Origin: Monocercomonoides exilis PA203
Lineage: Eukaryota; Protista; Preaxostyla
Length of the DNA stretch: 64,000 nt
NCBI GenBank assembly: GCA_001643675.2
Contig: LSRY02000035.1
Location: forward strand, 496,001 to 560,000
Direction of reading: 5' to 3'
Shown in pieces: positions 57,813 to 64,000 of the stretch. Every line of letters begins with the position of its first letter. Position 1 is the stretch's first letter. The translations under genes and the position numbers were made by a program. The notes beneath the pieces are model-generated. The model had not been told where the DNA came from. It saw only the letters and a program-made list of their open reading frames with translations, and searched no databases.

Positions 57813-57999
57813 TTCACAAACAACAAGTTCCTGGGCTTTTTTGAAAGTCAAAATAATCAAGGCAATTTATTATGGTCGAGAAAATGAAAACAATCTTCAA
57901 AAGCCCACCAAAAATAAAACAAATATATTGTCTTTTTGTTTGCAACTTTTGAAATGCTTTTGAGAAAAGGACCAGGCCATAATGAAAATATCAATCAGA

Positions 58000-60900
58000 T
58001 TGAATAAAAACGAAAATATGACTTCTCAAAGAGAGGGAGTGAGTGAGTGAGTGAAAGCCAAGAATTCGAATATTTCGGAATAATATTTCCTTTGCTGCGC
58101 TTGTTGCATGATTTGATGAAAGAAGAAGACTTGAGGGATGAAAACCAGAAAAAGGAATAATTCATAGAAAAGCGATAAAACTTGCTGATAGGCTGATGCA
58201 AAGGAATCAAATCAAGAGAAGCAACACTGAAAATAGTTTGTCATTCAGAAAAACCGTTCTAATTATTTGGCTTTACATGGGTTTTGCTCAATGTGATTCA
58301 CTTTTAGTCAAAATTACAAAGCTTTTCGAATAATCTTCAAAGAGAGAGAACACATGAGTGCGCAAGTGAGAAAGGGAAAGAGAGAGCTTCTGCAGCAATG
58401 ATGCAATTATCTGACGACAGAGAAGCTGTACAAAAGATACGAACTGAATGATGCTCGAGAAGAATGATTTTAATCGCAAGCCAAGCAGCAAAATGAAGAA
58501 AAGATTATTCAGAGGAAAGTCCAAGAAGATGACTGCAGAAGAAAAGGCACGGAAAGAGATAAGAACACGGGAAAAAAACATGTTGTGAAAGCGATTGATG
58601 CAGGCAAGGAGAATGAAAAGAAAACTGGGAAACAATAAAAATTAATTCATCTCAAATACAGTGAAGGAAAGAAAGATGAACACAAACATTTCTTTCCCCC
58701 CAAATAATCTGCGGTGTTATGAAAAGCTATGCAATTGATGCGGTTGAAATGAAGAATTGGCGAGACAGTTATCTTTCATCTGAATGGCTAAGTCTTCTTT
58801 TCGTTGAACGATACTCATTGATTTTTGGCATTTGCCTGCAAGGAAGAAATCTGTCCAATTTCACAGGCAAAGGTGAGCAAACGCAATGAAGATAAATCAG
58901 GAAAGCAGACAGATGAGTCCGTTGGCCTTTACGAATGCGAATGATTGGAAATCAGAAAGAAAAGGAAGTGAATCAGGAAGAGTTTTATCTGTCGAGAAAT
59001 CTGAAGCAATTTCACATTCAAAGCGAGAATCTGTGCTCTCTGATGAATATGCATAAAGAGGAAGAGCAATTTCCTGGCGAACTCAAATTATCAATGAACG
59101 TCGAAGCAAAAAGAGATCCAGATGCAGCTTTGCTCCGATATCAACCGAAAAAAAAGATACAAACTGAAGGGCAAATGCACAATTCAAAACCGAGTTTGTC
59201 TTTCCTGAAGGAACAGAAACGAATGAGACACGGAAGCACAAGCGAAAAAAGGATTTCTTTACTGAAAAATTCCAATATGCAATGGGGGATTATTTGTGCA
59301 TTCTTGCAAAAAGACAAAGTCTGGCAAAGATGGAAGATAATCAATATTTCCATCTCTCTAAATCGTCATTGGGTATTCGACACAATGGAAATGCCTTTCA
59401 CTTTGGATGTTTCGTGATCAAATTATCGCATTGTGAGATTTTGAGATGCCAATTGGAGCTGACTTGTTGATGCACAGCAGCCAGATTCATGCGTTCACAA
59501 AGCAATCTAAACATCTCGAATTTAAGAATCTTGTTGCACAGACGATTGCTTTTTGTAATTTCTCAACATTTTTGTGCAATCATTACACGATTGATTTTTC
59601 GTATAGAAGAAGCCTTTAATTTGATTCTGAGTTTCTTTCAGCACAAGTGCCATGAATGGATTCTACACGATTTCTGCTTTTGCAGTTGAAAGAAACAACA
59701 GCACTTCTGCCCTTGAACGAATTAAGAAAAACTTGAAAGCAATCCATTTTGCTGATTCGCTTTTGTGGAGAAAGGCCAGAAACGGATAATCATTTGCATT
59801 CTACTGTTTTTTTGAAGGAGCATTTGTGGAACATCCTCTGCGATGCGTCTGGAAAAAGAATTCTTTCGATATGATTTCGATTGAATTTATTTTGGAGCCA
59901 CCTGTTTGCTTGAACAACTCACATTCTGATTCAGACTGCAGCAGCCATCAAGCCTTGCAACAAGAGGGATTGGAATGCTTTTTTCCCGTCAGAAACAAAA
60001 ATATTCTGCTGAATGAAATGTTTGGAGGTTCAGACGCAAATGAGCTTCTTTGTTCTGACAGGCAAGATACACACTCGGCTGAAGGAAAAGATGCCGGATA
60101 TGCAGTCCTTCATTTGATTCAGTTTTATCAGCTCTTGCAACGCATTATTTTGGGAGCGAATGAAGGAATGATAGGAAGATAAGACAATTTTGATTGAATG
60201 CAGAGGATCAGGAAAATGGCAAACAAACGAAATGCACTCGAACAGATAAAACGTTCTTTTTTATTGGAAACCCTCTGCAAGTGAGTTTAATTGCCAACAG
60301 TGTTTCTTTTTTTTTTTTCATTTTCAAAGAAATGAAACATGGCTAACAAACAGCATTATTTATTGAAGCAGCAGATCAAACATTCTCCAGTTTGTCAACT
60401 TTCGTTGATGCAATGCTTTATTGGAAAGCTTGATGTTTCTTTTGGAAAATATCAGAAATAGGAAAGACACAAATGAAGAGAAATAAAGCCAAATCATTCA
60501 ACTGTTACAGCAGAGGAAGAAAATTTGAAGGAGAGAAGTGGAAAACAACGAAGAAATTGAGTTCGCGTCAAAAGGATTCAAGTGATAATTTGAAGAAGAG
60601 ACGATTGTTTTTTGCCATCTGCTAAAAGGAAAGAACAGCATCTTCGTAACGAAGGAAAGAACGAAAAATGAATGACGATGAAAACAAAGAGGCAAGGTGA
60701 GGACTGGAAAGAGAAGGACAGGTGAAAGCGAATCTTTTTGTGAAATAAGCATGAGAAAAGGCAAGCAAATTCGACAAATGGAAATAAAGCCATTCCTCCA
60801 CAAAAATAAAAATGAAGAAGAAAAAGGAGGAGAAACGTTGAAGATGAAGAAGTGAATTGCTTTTGAGCAAGAGGGAAAAAGTGGAGGCAATTGCTCTTGA

Positions 60901-61180
60901 CTAAAAGCAAAGCACTTCACCTGATTTTTCAGCTCAGTGCTGAACAACAGACAGCATGCGGTTGAGCTTGATGAAAGATTGAGCAATCTGTTTATCAGAA
61001 ATTGTTTCATCACAACATTTTGCTTTCCTGAAAATTGAATGAATTTATTTGAAGCAAACTTAGAAAAAAAGGCAAAGGCTTGAAGTGCAAAAGATTGAGC
61101 AAAATAAATATTTCGAGTGCTCAGCCAAAGCTTCTGGAGTGGGCAACAAGCCATTTGAAGAGTTTTCAAAGAGCGTGCTC
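58000..61180 (+). pseudogene. Decayed coding-like sequence, possibly an old transposon
   Basis: Purine-biased + strand, intermediate GC, only short broken ORFs. No motif identified with confidence. Confidence 0.3.
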
Positions 61181-61516
61181 ATCTGTAAATCTTTCTCTTG
61201 TTGTTTTGGTTACAAGATATTTTTGGTGCTTTTGTCATTGGAATTCTGATTTTTGAAGAGGGAAAAAAATGAAATGTGCGCGAAAAGAAGGAAATGAAGT
61301 GGAATTTTTGTGTCAATCAAAAAACTGAAACAAGTTCCTCTCAAAAGTGCATAAATTCGATTGCAGGATGTTTGGGCCAATTGCCATCATTTATCCATTC
61401 AGCAATCGAAAGATAAAAGCATGTTTCAAAAAAAGTTGAAAGATCAATTAATGACCCGCAACACAAAAACTGAAAAAGAAAAAAATAAAATAAAAAACCA
61501 GTATATCTCATCATAA

Positions 61517-64000
61517 ATGCATATTTCGATATTTTTGTTGGCTGTAATTGAATGGAACATTGGATGCCAACATATGAACAGTGGCACAGGGTTCGAAGAT
61601 GTGTCTGAAACTGGCTGTTCAAAAAGCGAAAAAACGATTCCTGCACAAATTGAAGTTTTCCCCAGAAAAGAATCAATTGGCAAAATCGATGGTCACAATT
61701 ATTTTGAGGCACATGCAACATTTGAAGGCAGAATTTTGAAGGAAAATACGGATATGGAAAACAAATCCGAAAAAGACAGAGAAAACATTGAAGGGAACGA
61801 GCTTTGGAATGAAAATAGGAGCCGCTTGAAAACAAATAAAGAACATTCTGACGAGGGCACTTCAGGGCAACGGTCAAACAACATGGAACTTGGAGAATGT
61901 ATTTTGAAAGGAAATTTTGTTTTGAAGAACAGCTCAGTTGGATGGAAAGGGCTGAGTTTGGGTTGTGTGAATGGAAAGTCGGTGATTTGTGGAAAGGAAA
62001 GGAGTTGTGTTGTTTTGAGGGGATGCGAGGTTACTGCGAGCTGTGGGATATCCCCATTCGAACTTATTGAAAGCTGTGGAATTGTTGAAAACATCACTCT
62101 GATCCCATCAAGTTCGCTTTCATTTGATACCCCACCACTTTTTTCATCAAATTCCGTTGAGAACGAAAAAGCAGATCATTGCCGTGCCGCTGTCAGTTCA
62201 TCGCATTTTTCTTCATTTTGCCTGTCATCTGCACCGTTTTTGGGATCTGCATCAATTGGAAGTCTTTCACTTTCAGATTTGATATTTTTCAACATTTCCG
62301 CCAAGCCAACGGAATCTTCGTTGCTGAGCCCTTCCTTTTGTGAGAGCGGATGCACGATGAGCAGCTGCTCATTTTCATCAGTCTGTGATGTGTATGATGG
62401 AGGGATTGTGAGATCGATCAACTCACGATCATCCTCGTTGACTGCCTCGAATGCCTCTTTTGTTGGATGCCTAAGAACGAAAAATGTTGAATTCATCGGA
62501 AGCGAAGAGGATCCATCGAAGCCAAAGAGACAGAATGTGACAGCTGATGAAGCGAACACTTTCATCTGGTGCGAATGGAATGGATCAAAAACAACTGGGT
62601 CAAATAATATTCTTTCAGATAAAGCATCAAATGGAGGAGCTATTTACATGTATAATCTGGCATCAGGAACACTTTCAGTAAAATGTTGTTCATTCAATGA
62701 TTGTACTGCACATTGGGATGGTGGAGGAATAATGAGCCGTTCGATCAGTTCAATCAAGATTGAAAACAATTCATTCAATGCCTATACAGCTGATAATTAT
62801 CGTGGAGGAGGGATATGTGCTTATTCAATTTCTGCTTGCGTTAGGATAGGCGGTTGCGAATTCCAGAATCGCATTGGAAATAATTATGGAGGAGGGATTT
62901 ATCTTTATATTTTTCAAGTTTCTGGATAATCATGTATTGGAACAGAAAGTGGGAAAGGAGAGAGCGCTTGTGTGATTGAATGCTCATTCACTTTATGCTC
63001 ACTTTCAGGTTCATACGGTGGAGGAATGTGCTGTTCGTATATTCCTGAACAATTCAAAATCATGAATATTCAATTTGTTTCATGTTCAACAGAATCAAAA
63101 GGCGGAGGGTTGTGCTATCTTTTTTCTCAATCTTCAGTAACAAACGACTGTATTCTCTGTTCTTATCTTTTTTTTCACGATTGTAAATGCTCGAATTCCA
63201 CCCCATATGGCCATGATGTTGACTTTTCAGAAGACAGCAAAAATTTTTTAAATTTAAATCCATTCTACGAATCATTCACAACAAACACTGATGAAAAAAG
63301 AGTGTGCTACGAGTTTTTTAATGTTAAGGGAAATGAGATTCAGGAAACACAAAAGAAGGAGTGGCTAAAAGACTGGCCGACTCGACTGTTTGTGTCAAAC
63401 AATGGTGATGATTTCACAAAATGGTGTGGAATAAGTGAGTTGGCACCTTGCAAGACAATGGGTCATGCGGTGGGAGCGAGCATGGTGCAGCTGAGCTCGA
63501 CAATCACTTTGCTGGGTGGGAGGCATGAGAGTGAAGGGACAACAATTAGTGTTGGGGAAAAGAAGATTTCGATTGTTGGGAAAGGGAAGGAAGCGAGTGT
63601 GATTGTGACAAATTCTCTTTCTTCAACTTCACCAACACTGTTTAGCATATCTTCTGGTCAGCTGGAGGTGGTGCATGTGGGGATTGATCACAACGCAGCA
63701 AGAAGCTCATCACCGAGTGTGTTTGTGGTGTCTGTGGGGAGCGGAGCTCTTTCGCTGGAGGATGTGGTGATCAACTCCTCGACATCAGGAGGGAGTGGAA
63801 AGACGAAGTGTGTGCTTGAAGTGGCACTGAGGCAGTTGAAGATGATTGACGTGGAGATCAAAGATATGAAAGTGAGTCAACCTTTGTTTGCTGAGCCATC
63901 ATCAGCAGGATCTTCATCAGGAGAGAGTTTGCTGGGGAATTTGACAATTCGGAATGTGAACCGAACCGAAGAAGGAGATGGGGTTGTGACGTCAAAAAGC
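61517..64000 (+). CDS. Large Cys-rich GG[A/G]I-repeat (pectin-lyase-fold-like) surface protein with one in-frame TAA at 62927-62929; runs off the window
   Basis: GGAIY, GGGIM, GGGIC and GGGIY repeats. The same frame continues after the TAA (FQVSG*SCIGTESGKG...GGGMCC...CGISELAPCKTMGHAV...) with no further stop seen. May be a recent pseudogene. Confidence 0.75.

Noticed and set aside
62927-62929. TAA/TAG-to-Gln reassignment (known in the oxymonad Streblomastix) as the explanation for in-frame stops
   Set aside because: FAB1 runs ~4,000 codons with many Gln and no TAA/TAG, and RPS6 and the SPRY gene end in TAA. The code appears standard.

Overview
AT-rich eukaryotic genomic DNA with short GT-AG introns and the standard genetic code. 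By inference it is a metamonad/oxymonad most like Monocercomonoides, based on the HQEHHNLTRLAYQS-type family gene, SPRY-like proteins and GG[A/G]I/CGxxxxPCKT surface proteins; I cannot confirm the organism. Left accessory zone (1-16 kb): lineage-specific genes, a 950-bp palindrome with 363-bp arms, a decayed Tc1/mariner element with TIRs, a decayed pogo/DDE_1 transposase, a split duplicated repeat and a SPRY-like gene. Compact conserved core (16-43.5 kb): NPHP4-like, a ~4,000-aa FAB1/PIKfyve, VPS50 with tRNA-Ala(CGC) inside an intron, BUD20/ZNF593, and RPS6 with a ~200-aa histone-H1-like tail. Right accessory zone (43.5-64 kb): a Merlin/ISXO2 relic, two surface-protein genes each broken by a single in-frame stop, a NEK-like kinase fused to three SPRY-like domains, and decayed coding-like DNA. 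Best leads: the eS6 tail, the single-stop surface genes, the intronic tRNA, the kinase-3xSPRY fusion and the palindrome. Exon models were built by hand and are unverified.
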